Of a stretch of 64,000 nucleotides of DNA, positions 12,701 to 23,700 are shown piece after piece. Origin of the DNA: Rhynchopus sp. YZ270_cl-10 (lineage: Eukaryota); the NCBI GenBank assembly GCA_964035575.1, contig OZ037838.1, positions 1 through 64,000 of the forward strand, read 5' to 3'. Made by a program: the position numbers and the translations under genes. The number at the start of each line of letters is the position of its first letter. Positions within the stretch are counted from its first letter, which is position 1. The notes under the pieces are model-generated. The model was given only the letters and a program-made list of their open reading frames with translations, had not been told where the DNA came from and did no database searches.

Positions 12701-13930
12701 TTATTGGGAATAGTAGAATGGCACGGTGCTGTATGGATCATGTCGGTACACTGGCTGCTGTTGAGAAGTTGGCTTCATGTTGAACCCTATGTGCTGATTG
12801 AGAAAACGAGGTAGGCTGTGTTTCTGAGCTGTGCTACTTGTGCTAGGTTTTATATAGTTCTGACTGTCGTGGCAGAGAATTCTATCAGAAGAAGCCAGGC
12901 CAATACGCGTAGGCTGGTCGGGCCCTGCTGTCCACGCAAATGTTTTATCGTGTCTGGAGAGAAACCGCATGAGAAGAGAGTGGCTTGGGAATAGAGAGTT
13001 TGTGAACACTTCAAATCCATTCAACTTCTGCAACAGCTCCTTCTGGGACATGGGGCCTTCAGAGAGCATTCCTAGCAGGGCCTTTTTAAGATTTTCCTCA
13101 TCTTCACGTTGGACCTTGCTTCTCGACTTGTCTATTTCGCGCACTGAAGAGAGCGGTGTTCCAAAGAGGCAGACACGTGCATCAGACTTTTTTATCTGTG
13201 GAGCAAGACAATTTTCAACAATATCCTCATCAGAATAGTGGAACAGAGAGAAGTCCTCAGGATGGGCCCTGAGAAATTCCTGCCAGGCACCGTAGCATTT
13301 CCCCACAACGTTGTCGTAGAGTGGACTCTCCTTCGCTTTGTTGCTCAGCACAATAGACCCCAGAGAACCTCTGCACACATTCAGCCGTGGGTTTTCCAAA
13401 ATAGCTCTGACCTCTTTAACAAGTTGCCTCTCTGCGGACCCTTGCTTCACATTGTCAATTGGCATGTGTTGAACCTTCACTGTGAATGTAGTTGGGTGGT
13501 ATGCAATGTAGTGGCCAGAGTGTGATGCATCTTGAGATTGCACGAGGTTCCCAAGATCAACTTCAAAGTCCTCACGGCCTTCACAGGTACATTCCAGGGT
13601 TGCATTCCATGCACTCCCAGGAAGCGGATCATGAGTTGTGATAAAGAGAGCGTCAAGTCCAAGCCCGCCCTTTTCCCCAGTGATGTTTATGTCTTCATTA
13701 GCTGACACTGTGAGTGTTTCTTCTTTCCCTGGGAGCGGGAGGTTGCAACGTATAAGTTGTAAGCCATTCAGCAGAACTGATGCGTATCCTCGCTCCACTG
13801 GATTGGTGGGTCCTGCAATGTCAGTGATGTTGAAGCAACCGCTGGGTTCAAAGTCTGAGTCTGTGTTTCCTATGCTGCCTCCTGCTGTTGATATGACAGA
13901 ATACTGCCGAACAGAATCTACTGAGCTCAT
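12701..13930 (-). CDS. Uncharacterised 409-aa protein with C-terminal YRHDPY motif and two possible LOTUS/OST-HTH-like segments
   Basis: Long ORF kept open in the second cassette (410 aa, one in-frame codon insertion). GAWQEFLRAHPEDF and SLLMRFLSRHDKTF resemble winged-helix LOTUS ends (inference only). Confidence 0.75.
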   Translation of the reverse strand: MSSVDSVRQYSVISTAGGSIGNTDSDFEPSGCFNITDIAGPTNPVERGYASVLLNGLQLIRCNLPLPGKEETLTVSANEDINITGEKGGLGLDALFITTHDPLPGSAWNATLECTCEGREDFEVDLGNLVQSQDASHSGHYIAYHPTTFTVKVQHMPIDNVKQGSAERQLVKEVRAILENPRLNVCRGSLGSIVLSNKAKESPLYDNVVGKCYGAWQEFLRAHPEDFSLFHYSDEDIVENCLAPQIKKSDARVCLFGTPLSSVREIDKSRSKVQREDEENLKKALLGMLSEGPMSQKELLQKLNGFEVFTNSLFPSHSLLMRFLSRHDKTFAWTAGPDQPTRIGLASSDRILCHDSQNYIKPSTSSTAQKHSLPRFLNQHIGFNMKPTSQQQPVYRHDPYSTVPFYYSQ

Positions 13931-14116
13931 TGTTCTTGTGTTACAGTATATTTGTAGTGGCCTGTGATTTGTTGTTAGTCCGCTGAGTAAGACAAAAAAA
14001 ACTTAAAGAATACAAGAAAAACAGAGGGAGGGATAAGTAATAATTGGGATGGGTTGCAATATTTTTTTATTTGGGGTGTTCTTTATTTTTGTTTTCTTTG
14101 TATTGGTTTTTATTTA

Positions 14117-14788
14117 TTAAACCCAGTGTGCAGCAAACCTGTTCAGTGCCATGAAGGTTATTTCAGATGCTGAAGAGGGGGATAGGGTATCAACACTAGA
14201 TTTGCTGCTCGATGTGCTGCCTTCCTGCCAGGTGTCTGCATAGGATTCACTGCTGGAGCAAGTACTGTAAGGGCAGAATGATGCAAGGTTCTCCAGGTCA
14301 AGTTCTCGGCATATATGGATGTTGATACAACGCTCCCCCCATTTGCATCTCTTCAATTTGTTCAGCCCACAAATCCTGTTCTTTTGTACAATAATTCTGT
14401 CCCCCCTGCGCAAAAGCTCCTCCAAACCTCTTGTACTGCTGAAACTGCTCACAGAGAGCAATGCTATGTTGTCCTTGCCCTTCAACATGACGCATTTTTT
14501 GCTGGCCCATTTTCCGGAATGAAGCGCGCAGCACTGGCCCGCCATTTCATCACGAAGTCTGTCCACAGCATCTGGACTCACATGTAGTTGACGGCACGTC
14601 TTCTGTGACTTACATTTCCCTCTGTGAAATAGTATGCACACATTCAGTGGTCTATTTCCAAGGGTTCCTTGAAGATATGCTGTTCGTCCTTTCGTTTCAC
14701 ATGTTTCTGAAAAATGGAATGCAACAAGCTGGGCACGGTTTCCAGGGTCTCTTGCTTCTATCACTTTGCCTTCTAACAGTGTGTTCAT
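14117..14788 (-). CDS. Tandem CCCH zinc-finger protein (putative RNA-binding)
   Basis: Two C-x7-C-x5-C-x3-H motifs (CILFHRGKCKSQKTCRQLH and CGLNKLKRCKWGERCINIH) with an intervening CCALH and a Ser-rich tail. ATG start at 14788 inferred from the paralog at 60825. Confidence 0.85.
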   Translation of the reverse strand: MNTLLEGKVIEARDPGNRAQLVAFHFSETCETKGRTAYLQGTLGNRPLNVCILFHRGKCKSQKTCRQLHVSPDAVDRLRDEMAGQCCALHSGKWASKKCVMLKGKDNIALLSVSSFSSTRGLEELLRRGDRIIVQKNRICGLNKLKRCKWGERCINIHICRELDLENLASFCPYSTCSSSESYADTWQEGSTSSSKSSVDTLSPSSASEITFMALNRFAAHWV

Positions 14789-14994
14789 GTTGTGCAACAA
14801 AAATGTGTGTTAGGCTGTGTGGTGTTTGGGTATGGAAGATGAGGGGTGCCTGGGTGATTTACAAAACCAAGAGGGGAGTGTGAGGTAAAGGGAGATACAC
14901 TTTGCCAGTCTGTTCTGTGAGTGTGCTGTTTACCCCTGGACACACCCAATAATATTTCCACACAAATTAATATTATGTTCCAACTACTATTCCT

Positions 14995-15260
14995 AGATGC
15001 ACTCCTACTCACTGACTGACGAACTAAAAAAGGCATGAATTTGAGGTACACACAGTATACACAGTATACACAGTATACACAGTATACACAGTATACACAG
15101 TATACACAGTATACACAGTATACACAGTATACACAGTATACACAGTATACACAGTATACACAGTATACACAGTATACACAGTATACACAATATTGCTAAT
15201 ATATGTTCAGATTACTATTCCTATAGTGACGGCACTCCTACAAACTCACTGACCAATAGA
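14995..15260 (-). repeat. Inverted copy of the minisatellite unit with (CAGTATACA)n
   Basis: Reverse complement of the 5150-8300 unit (AATATTGCTAATATATGTT...GACGGCACTCCTACAAACTCACTGACCAA), lying in the divergent strand-switch region. Confidence 0.85.
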
Positions 15261-15540
15261 AAACACCGCAAAAACAGCAAAATTGACTACACAGGTTTAC
15301 GAGTTGACTGGTTAGTTGTATATGTATTGGTGTTTCCCTGCGGTGCGGGATGTGTGTAGGAGGGAATGCCACCTTACCGGTTTAACCAAATTTAATTTTA
15401 AGCATGAGATGGATGGAGATGAATTAGATTTTTGGTCTGTAGCCCAGGAGATACCATTTTTGTGGTAGTCCTACTTAATATATTTCTCTTATTCACTCCC
15501 TTCCCCCAGAAAATCCTACGACACAAACAAAAACAACAAC

Positions 15541-16411
15541 ATGAAGCCTACACCGTGGAGTGCTGCTCTTCAGTCCACCAATCTTCTTGCGGAAGCCCCG
15601 ATGCTCCTTCCAACTCTGAAGCCTGAAGAAGAGTCTAATTCACCACCGGATGATGAGCTCCCGGATGACGTTGTCAGAAACAATGTGCTTAATGAGCCGG
15701 TTGATGATAGTCTTGCGGGTCTGATTGCGGATCTACACATCCAGATGGAGAAAACTAAAGAAATGTGCAGGCAACTCACAGAAGCTCATATCATGATCCA
15801 TTCCGCCCACAGCTTCTACACATCACTGGTATGTAATATTACAGTTATTACTTTCAAATTCTCTTAACACAGCATGAACGTGCGATGGAACACATCGTTG
15901 AACATCAAAACAAGAGGAGGAGGGTTAGTACACCAAAGGTATAATGACTATTTGGTTTTATTCAATTAGCATTATTTACAAATACAATTATTAATCACAG
16001 AACAATGCGACGCCACAGGATGCTAGAACGCTTGATACCCCCACACCAGAGGCCCAAACCGCCCCCCCAGCCGCCCCCCCAGCCGCCCCCCTAGCCGCTC
16101 CCCCAGCCGCCCCCCCAGGCACCCCACCAGGCACCCCCCAGGTCACCACCCCTCTCTCTCCTTGGGAGTGCGAAACATGCTGTCGGACCTTCAAAAAGTC
16201 CTCAGCATTAATTAGCCACATGCAAGTACATGAGGAGAAGAAAACCACAAGGGCTTACAAAAAAAAATCACGAGTGACCACCCCCACAACGGTTGATACC
16301 GCCACACCAGAGGCCCCGGCCACCCCCCAGGTCACTCCCATCCCACTCCCAGAAATCATCATCCCTGATGAGGATGATGATGAGGATGATGATGATGAGG
16401 AATATTTTTAA
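15541..16411 (+). CDS. C2H2 zinc-finger protein with Pro/Thr-rich linker and acidic tail: join(15541..15828,15873..15938,16001..16411), 254 aa
   Basis: Two predicted GT..AG introns (44 and 62 nt) restore a single frame containing WECETCCRTFKKSSALISHMQVH, a KRRR basic patch and a DDD..EEYF end. The intron positions are the same in the second cassette. Confidence 0.8.
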
Positions 16412-16920
16412 GAAATTGTAAATATTTATTCATCCAGTAAAATTGTTTTTTTTTTGTTTTCCGTTTATTCCGTTCAGTAGTCGTAGTATTTGAGCCCCGG
16501 GCTTGTTTTCCCTCACTTCCTTTTTCCTCTGTGTCTACTACACGTTCTGTACTTCAAAAAAACACATCCATACCGTAAGTCGAAAAAAAAAAGGGAAAAA
16601 AATAAAAATAAAAAGTCCACACCTACAAGGCGAGCGTTTTGGCAGGCGCTTGTAAGGACAGCCAATAGACTTTCATATGAAACAGAAGTGGTGTGGAAAC
16701 AAACAATTTTTATTTTTTCCCCTCCCATTTTATGTCGTTTGAGCCACGAAAAAATAGAAACTGTCGGCAATTAACTTTTTTTTGTTTTCCGTTTTATTTG
16801 TATATTTTTCCAGACACGGAATATCAGATACAATAAAAATAGAAAATTTCTTTTTTTCTGTAATAAAAAAGTATATTTTTATTTATCATTAGAAGGAAAT
16901 ACAAAACACACAAATAAACT

Positions 16921-17463
16921 ATGTCTGAGTACGCTGTGAAGGCACGTCCTGACGTTCTTACAATGAAGGCTTTTCGTCACGGAGAATCCTATGGGGAAGC
17001 TGATTTATTCTTCACCATAAAATTCAACCCAATGTGGTATGAGATCAAGGCTAATCTGCTAGAAGGAGAGACAGCTCTGGACCGTCCGGATCTGGTACAC
17101 CGCGTGTTCTGCCTCAAGGTTAAGGAGCTTGTAAATTATATCAAAAAAAATAATGTTCTTGGGGAAAACATCGCAACGGTGATTGTGACGGAGTACCAGA
17201 AGAGGGGTCTGCCCCATGCTCACGCAATCTTTTGGAACAACAACAAAACATCACCGAAGAACCCTGTGGATCACATCGTACAACTCCCTGGACCACACCC
17301 AAACATCTACAAAGCTTTCAGTCAGTATCTGATGAACAACAGGTGGGTGGTTCAGTACAGTCTTCTCCTGAAATATCGGCGCCAGCGAAGGGTCCTTGTT
17401 GTTAAGTATTTGTTTAAATACTTATTCAAGGGGGAGCCTGTGACAGGTCTATTGATGCAATGA
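16921..17463 (+). CDS. Stand-alone miniature Helitron-type HUH Rep (Y2) domain protein, 180 aa
   Basis: Motif 1 DLFFTIKFNPMW, DRPDLVHRVF, motif 2 EYQKRGLPHAH and motif 3 KYLFKYLFKG. No helicase domain. Confidence 0.8.
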   Translation: MSEYAVKARPDVLTMKAFRHGESYGEADLFFTIKFNPMWYEIKANLLEGETALDRPDLVHRVFCLKVKELVNYIKKNNVLGENIATVIVTEYQKRGLPHAHAIFWNNNKTSPKNPVDHIVQLPGPHPNIYKAFSQYLMNNRWVVQYSLLLKYRRQRRVLVVKYLFKYLFKGEPVTGLLMQ

Positions 17464-17779
17464 TTTGTGTGGTAGAGTTGTGAACATTAAAGATAAAAAA
17501 TAAAACGAAATACCAAATAGCGATAAGTGGGGATATGTCTTTGTGGGCTTGCGGGTTTGTGGGTTTTGTTTGTCTCAGTTACTTTTTGTTTGTTATTTGT
17601 TTTCCTAATTTTTCCTACTCCCCACCCCCCATTTCATTTGTATATTTTGTCAGACACAGAATATCAAAGCACATGATACAACAACAAAAAAGGAATAACA
17701 TATTTTTTCAATAATTCTGAGAACATTTTTATTCACCACCAGTCACTACATAACAGAAAAACATAACACACCGTAAACT

Positions 17780-20700
17780 ATGTTTGAAGGGGGATATCAA
17801 AATCTCTATGGCCATATGATAGAAGAAGACTTTGATGACTGCGCCAGAGAGCCCCCATCGAAGGACTGGTCTAGATACCTGACTAACATGCGTGAATCTT
17901 TGCGTCTCTCAGCTGAAACATCACGAATGCAGTTAGAAGATATAAATTTTTTCTGCAGCCAGTACGAAACACCACACACTCAATGTGATGTCTGTGAGTG
18001 GTGTTTACAGAGATACAATAAAACAAAAACACATGATCCATATTGTCTCTTCAGGCACATGCACATCACGCACGTTGCAAAATGCCGTCTTGCGTACGTT
18101 ATTGCTTCTATTAGAACAATAACTAATAAAGCTTCATTCAGAGATCTCTTCTCTGTACATCCGGAGTTAGAGTCTCTCTGGAACTGTTCTCTTGATTCTC
18201 TCACACCTTCCGACAAGAAGAAAATCAAGTTGCTTGAGGAAGAAAAACGTGATGGCATGCAAGGACTTTCTCCGTACATTCTTGGATCAATAGAGAACTG
18301 TGCAAATGACATCTGCAAAAGATGGCTCGAGAAGAGGTCCGATACGCTGAGAACAAACGGGCCCATCTGTCAAGCATTAGTTGCAGAATTCGAAAATAGG
18401 GTTTCTACTTCGGAAATGTGTGGGAGAAGTCTTGACCCAAGCCTCCACTCAGCTGCAATGAAGCTTGAAGACTACACAAATGGATGCGTGTCTTATGCTG
18501 ACATTGGGGGGATGAATTCTGTCTGTAGAAAATGTGGTGCAAAGCTCTTCTCTGGTGAGGTCCGAGGAGAAGGGAGATATGGAATTTGCTGCAACAGAAT
18601 CAAGGCGAGTGGCATCCCTGCACCAATTGAATTTGAGAACGACGACCACAAGAGGTTGTTCTCGGATCAAACGTTTCTTAAGAATTCATACCGCCTGAAT
18701 TCTTATCACCAGATGGCCAAGGCATTGCATACCCCCCACAAGTTGTTTTCCAACACACGCGGAATACACAACATAGTTGTAAAAGGAAAAGGGGTGAAGA
18801 AAATTATGGGCCTGTCTGACGATGCGGAAACAAGAAACCAAACCTGGTTTGTTGGTGGATACAACGAGCAGGACCGCGCCTTGAAAGGCTTGCAAGAGAT
18901 GGAGAGGATCCCAGAACTGGAACGCGACACAACCCTCTACCAGGACATCATGACCATGCTGAAAGACAATTGCTATGTCAGGATGTTCAGGAGAGCCTCG
19001 GTTCTGATGGACAGTGCCGAAGAGAACACACATGTTGCCATCAACTTTGACGATCTGCGAGGACCTGAGAAGACGGGACGGGAGTACGCAAACGCCGCTG
19101 CAGAAGATGAATTGCGGGCTGTATATACTGTCAGTACTGGAACAGATGATCACAAATACGCAGCAGGTTGGGGCCGGCAGCAGTACAGCGTTATTATGCA
19201 GGGAGAAGCTGAAGGTGAAGGAAGCGATAGATACAGCAGAAAGATATCAGATTTTGATGCCAGGTTCGAGCCACTGTGTTTTCCCCTGATACATGTGTGT
19301 CCAAAAGACAGTACAGGTTGGAGACACAGTCGAAAGGATGAAGCAACGCCAAACCCCTACAGTGGTGTGTCAGCACAGGAGTATGGCTGCTTCCACCTGT
19401 TTTCACGGGCGACTGAGAAGAACCCAGATGGGGAACCAGGGCCTGCACTGATAGGGCGCAAGCTGACCGAATACTTCTTCCTTCAGCTTGGCATCCGTGC
19501 CATTACGCAACGCATTTCTTACCACAGCCAGCAGATAGTAAAGAAGTATGCAACAAAAGAATTCCTTGAAGAGGCCCGTGTTACGACAGTGGTGGAAAAC
19601 CGTCGCGTCACCACACACGATGCGACCAATGACGCTACAACAGCCACCACCACCCTCTATGCCAGCTACCCGCGTGGGAAGAGAGCTAGAATTCAAGACC
19701 TCAACGATTCACTTGCGTTGAAGGCCCGTCTTGGCTGCCCCGATTATTTCCTGACCATGACAGCCAACCCACACTGGCCAGAGATTCTCAGGGAGCTGCG
19801 TCCAGGAGAAAGACCCTGCGACAGGTCTGATCTTGTGCACCGAGTGTTCAACCTCAAGATGGATCAACTTGAGAGAAAGTTGAAAGAGAATGCACTCGGG
19901 ACGTACCAGGCAATGGTTCGTGTGGTGGAGTACCAGAAGCGCGGACTCCCCCACTTGCATCTTCTTCTGTGGGTTTCCAAGGAGCATAAGCCGAAGTCTG
20001 CAGCCATTTTTGACATGGCGGTGTCGTGCCAGTTGCCTGATCCCGAAACGCAAGAAGAGCTATACAACTTGGTGTCGGAGCAGATGATGCACACCAAGTG
20101 TGATACTGTTCCCAGTGCACGATGCAAGGTGCCTGGCCCAGACGGCAACGCACGGTGCAAACAGCACTACCCCAAAAACTTTCGTAAAGATACCCTGGCA
20201 ACTGAGACAGGAATGTACAGCTATGGTATGCGTCCTGAAAATGGGAGAACAAGCGCTGTTGCGGAAAAAGACCAAGAGCGGGCAAGAAAGCTGGCCACAG
20301 AAGGGAAGGTACACCCCAGCTGTAGAGACAACCGCTATGTTGTTTCCTACAACATAGTTCTTCTCACCCAGTTCATGAGCCACTTCAACATAGAGGCTGT
20401 TGGATCTCCAGTTGTCATCAGATACCTCTTCAAGTACCTGTTCAAGGACGATGAGTATGCTAATGTGTCAGTTACAGCCAAAGACGGAGAAAAAAACAAA
20501 ACGGATGAGTGTATGAGCTATCTGACAGGCATACACATTGGGTCACTTGAGGCCATTGGATACCTTCTCGGAACGAAGATGAGATACATTGACCCAAGTG
20601 TCACCAGACTTGATGTTCATCTTGCAGGCCAGCAAAGGCTGTACTACTTTCCTGGCAAGGAGGCAGAGGCACTTGACAAGGCCACGGACACAACACTCAC

Positions 20701-23700
20701 AGCCTGGTTTGCTGCAAATAGCGACGCAAAACGTGACCCGTCTTCCAAGTACCAGGGAATACAAACCCTGAACTACATCACTGTTCCTGAATACTTTGCC
20801 TTCTCCAGAGATAAAGCAGAGTGGACCCTGAGGAAAAGCTACGTGTACTGCCCCAGGACTGAGTCGCTTGTCACAACGGACAGATCACGAGCTGCAAAGT
20901 CCCATCTTCTGGCTATTGGGCGCCTGTACAGAACCCCTGTGTTGGATAAGGAGCTCCAGGCTCTGCGCACGATCCTCATGGTTAGAAAAGGACCCACTAG
21001 CTTTGATGACCTGATGACTGTAGAAGGGAAAAAGTGCGAGTCCTTTACGGATGCAGCAAATGAAATGGGGCTCCTTCAGGATGGTGAACTTGTGAAGCTT
21101 ACACTTGTGGATGCAGTCAAAACCACTGTGTCAGGAAGATGCCTGAGGTTTACCCTTGCTGTTCTACTCAACTCCTTTGCTATTCCTCCTAATAGCATGA
21201 AAGAACTCTGGAAGACATACAAGGTGGAGCTGTGCAAGCGTCCTCTGAAGCAGGGAGAGACTGCACCGGATGAGGAGGCTACGGTATCTGAGCAGGAGGA
21301 AAATGAAGCACTGTTGGATATTCAGAATGTATTGAGAAACATTTGTGGGTCGGATGTAAAGCTAGAAGTCTTTGGACTCCCAACACCAACTGCTGCTGTG
21401 AGGAGTGCGAACGATGGAGTGTCTTGGGTTATGAAGGATGAAATCTACAACATGGAAAAGCAGTGGCAGGAGTGGGAGAAGATTGAACCTAAGCTCAATA
21501 CAAAACAGAGGGAAGCAGTTCAGCGTGTTCAACTCTCTGTGACTCAGGGCAAAGGCGAGATGTTTCTGCTTCAGGGTGCTGCAGGGACTGGAAAAACGTT
21601 TACCTACCAGGCCATGCTCAGTTGGTGCAGAAGCCACAGAGGGGTTCCGGCGCAAGGTGACACACATCGTCCTAACATTGCCCTTGCAGTCGCAAGCTCT
21701 GGTATTGCAGCAATGCTCCTGCCTGGAGGAAGAACATCACACAACAGATTCAAGTTTCCTCTTGATCTGTACCCAGATGACCACCACTCTGTCTGCAAAC
21801 TGACAAAAGAAATTGAGGATCTCATCCGCACAACGGATCTTATTGTCTTTGACGAGGTGGTTATGGCAAACAGGGGGCACATAGAACTTCTCGACAGAAC
21901 CTGCAGAAAGGTGACCGGAAAGGCCATGTGGTTTGGTGGAATCACTGTGGTTCTTGGTGGCGACTTCAAGCAGATTCTTCCTGTCACTGAGGGAGACAAG
22001 AGTGCCACGCTTAAAAACTGTCTGCATACTTCTCCTCTCTTCCAAAACATGACTATGCTGTCCCTTATCGAAATAATGAGGCAGAAGGATGACAAAAAAT
22101 GGGCGACCTACCTGGGAACCATTGGCGATGGGTCGTGCAACGATAGAGACGGTTCCATATCTCTCCCAATAAACCTCTACCGAAAAAATTGTGGGGATTA
22201 TGTTGTACCTGATGATCTCATCACCCACGTCTTCCCTCTAATTGGAGAAGGTGTAGTCGGAAATGGGATGATCCTTGCACCAACTAACAAAGCTCAGAAG
22301 GCAATGAACAACATTTGCCTCAAGAGGCTGTGTGGGAAACAAAAAGAAGTACTCCACGAGTTCCAGCTGACAGGGAAGGACACATGCACAGAGGAGTCTG
22401 TTGAGGGGGAATCTGCCATTGACTCAGACGTGATGAATGCGTACCAGCAGACAGGCATACCTGACCACTGCATCACTGTCAAGGTTGGTGCTCCTCTAAT
22501 GTTGCTTAAAAACCTCAACCCACCAAAGGGTCTCTGCAATGGAACGAGGTTCATTGTAACTGGCGTGACACAGCTCAACATTCAGGGGATCATTGTTGGT
22601 GACCCTAAAAGAGTTGGAACGGCAGTGAACATCCCCAGAGTTAAGAACACTCCTGACGAGAAGAAGGCTGGTTTCAGCATGCAGCGCGTCCAGTTTCCTG
22701 TCGCACTGTCATTTGCCTCTACAATCAACAAGTCTCAGGGACAGACCCTCGATAGGGTCGGACTCGACCTCACAGAGTCACAGTGCTTTGCACATGGGCA
22801 GTTGTACGTTGCTCTGAGTAGATGCCCAAAGGCAGAGCATGTCAAGGTTGCAGTGCCTCTAAAGAAATGGACCAAATCAACCAGAACTATTGTGGAGCCA
22901 TACAGAGTGTCAAACCCTGTCTACAAGGACATGCTGAAATCTGTTGCTGACCGTGGACTTGAGGGCATCTTTATGCAGCTTACTGAAGCAGAAGAGGCCA
23001 TGCTACAGAGTTACCACGTCATGACTGACAAAGAGTACTCTGAACAGACCCACAGACAAGCAAAGATGCCTCCACCATCTGACGACCATAAATTCTGGGA
23101 CCCCATGCCAATGCAGTGCGAAAGCATTCAGTTTGAAGATGCTGAAGATCTTGTCTATGTAGCCAAAAAGAGGAAGAGAGATCCAGAAGATAAGTCTCCT
23201 AAGAAGCGGAAGAAGAATAACCCTACATCAGCAGAAACAACAACAGCACAAAAGCCGAAGCTCTCCATTACCAGGGTTTTGGGGGATGGTACTTGCTTTT
23301 ACCATGCTGTAGACCAGTCTATTACAAAGAGGATAGGACAAGGGAATCAACTCAGAAGTGAATTGGAATTGTTTGTTGTGCAGAACAGTACTACAATAAA
23401 ACATCATCCTCTTATTGTACCTGAAAACGCTAACACCGTATCCTCGATTGTAGGCACCTACAACGCCCTTATGAACAGAATAACTGGCAGGATTGATGGG
23501 ACGTACGCAACATCAGACTATGCAGAACAGATTGAGTTTGCCTTGGTGAGTCTCTTAAAACGTGTTCTCATAACTATTGTCAAAATGAACCAAGATAACA
23601 AGCCCTCATCTTTTCACTTTTTAGGGAACAACTTGTCTACTGAACAAGTTCTTGCTAATATTCCTGCAAAAGACAGGATTATTTTATTACATACTTCAAA

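Noticed and set aside
17980..22581. Antisense and alternate-frame ORFs within the Rep-helicase gene (likewise within ARF and actin)
   Set aside because: Shadow ORFs with no recognisable motifs.
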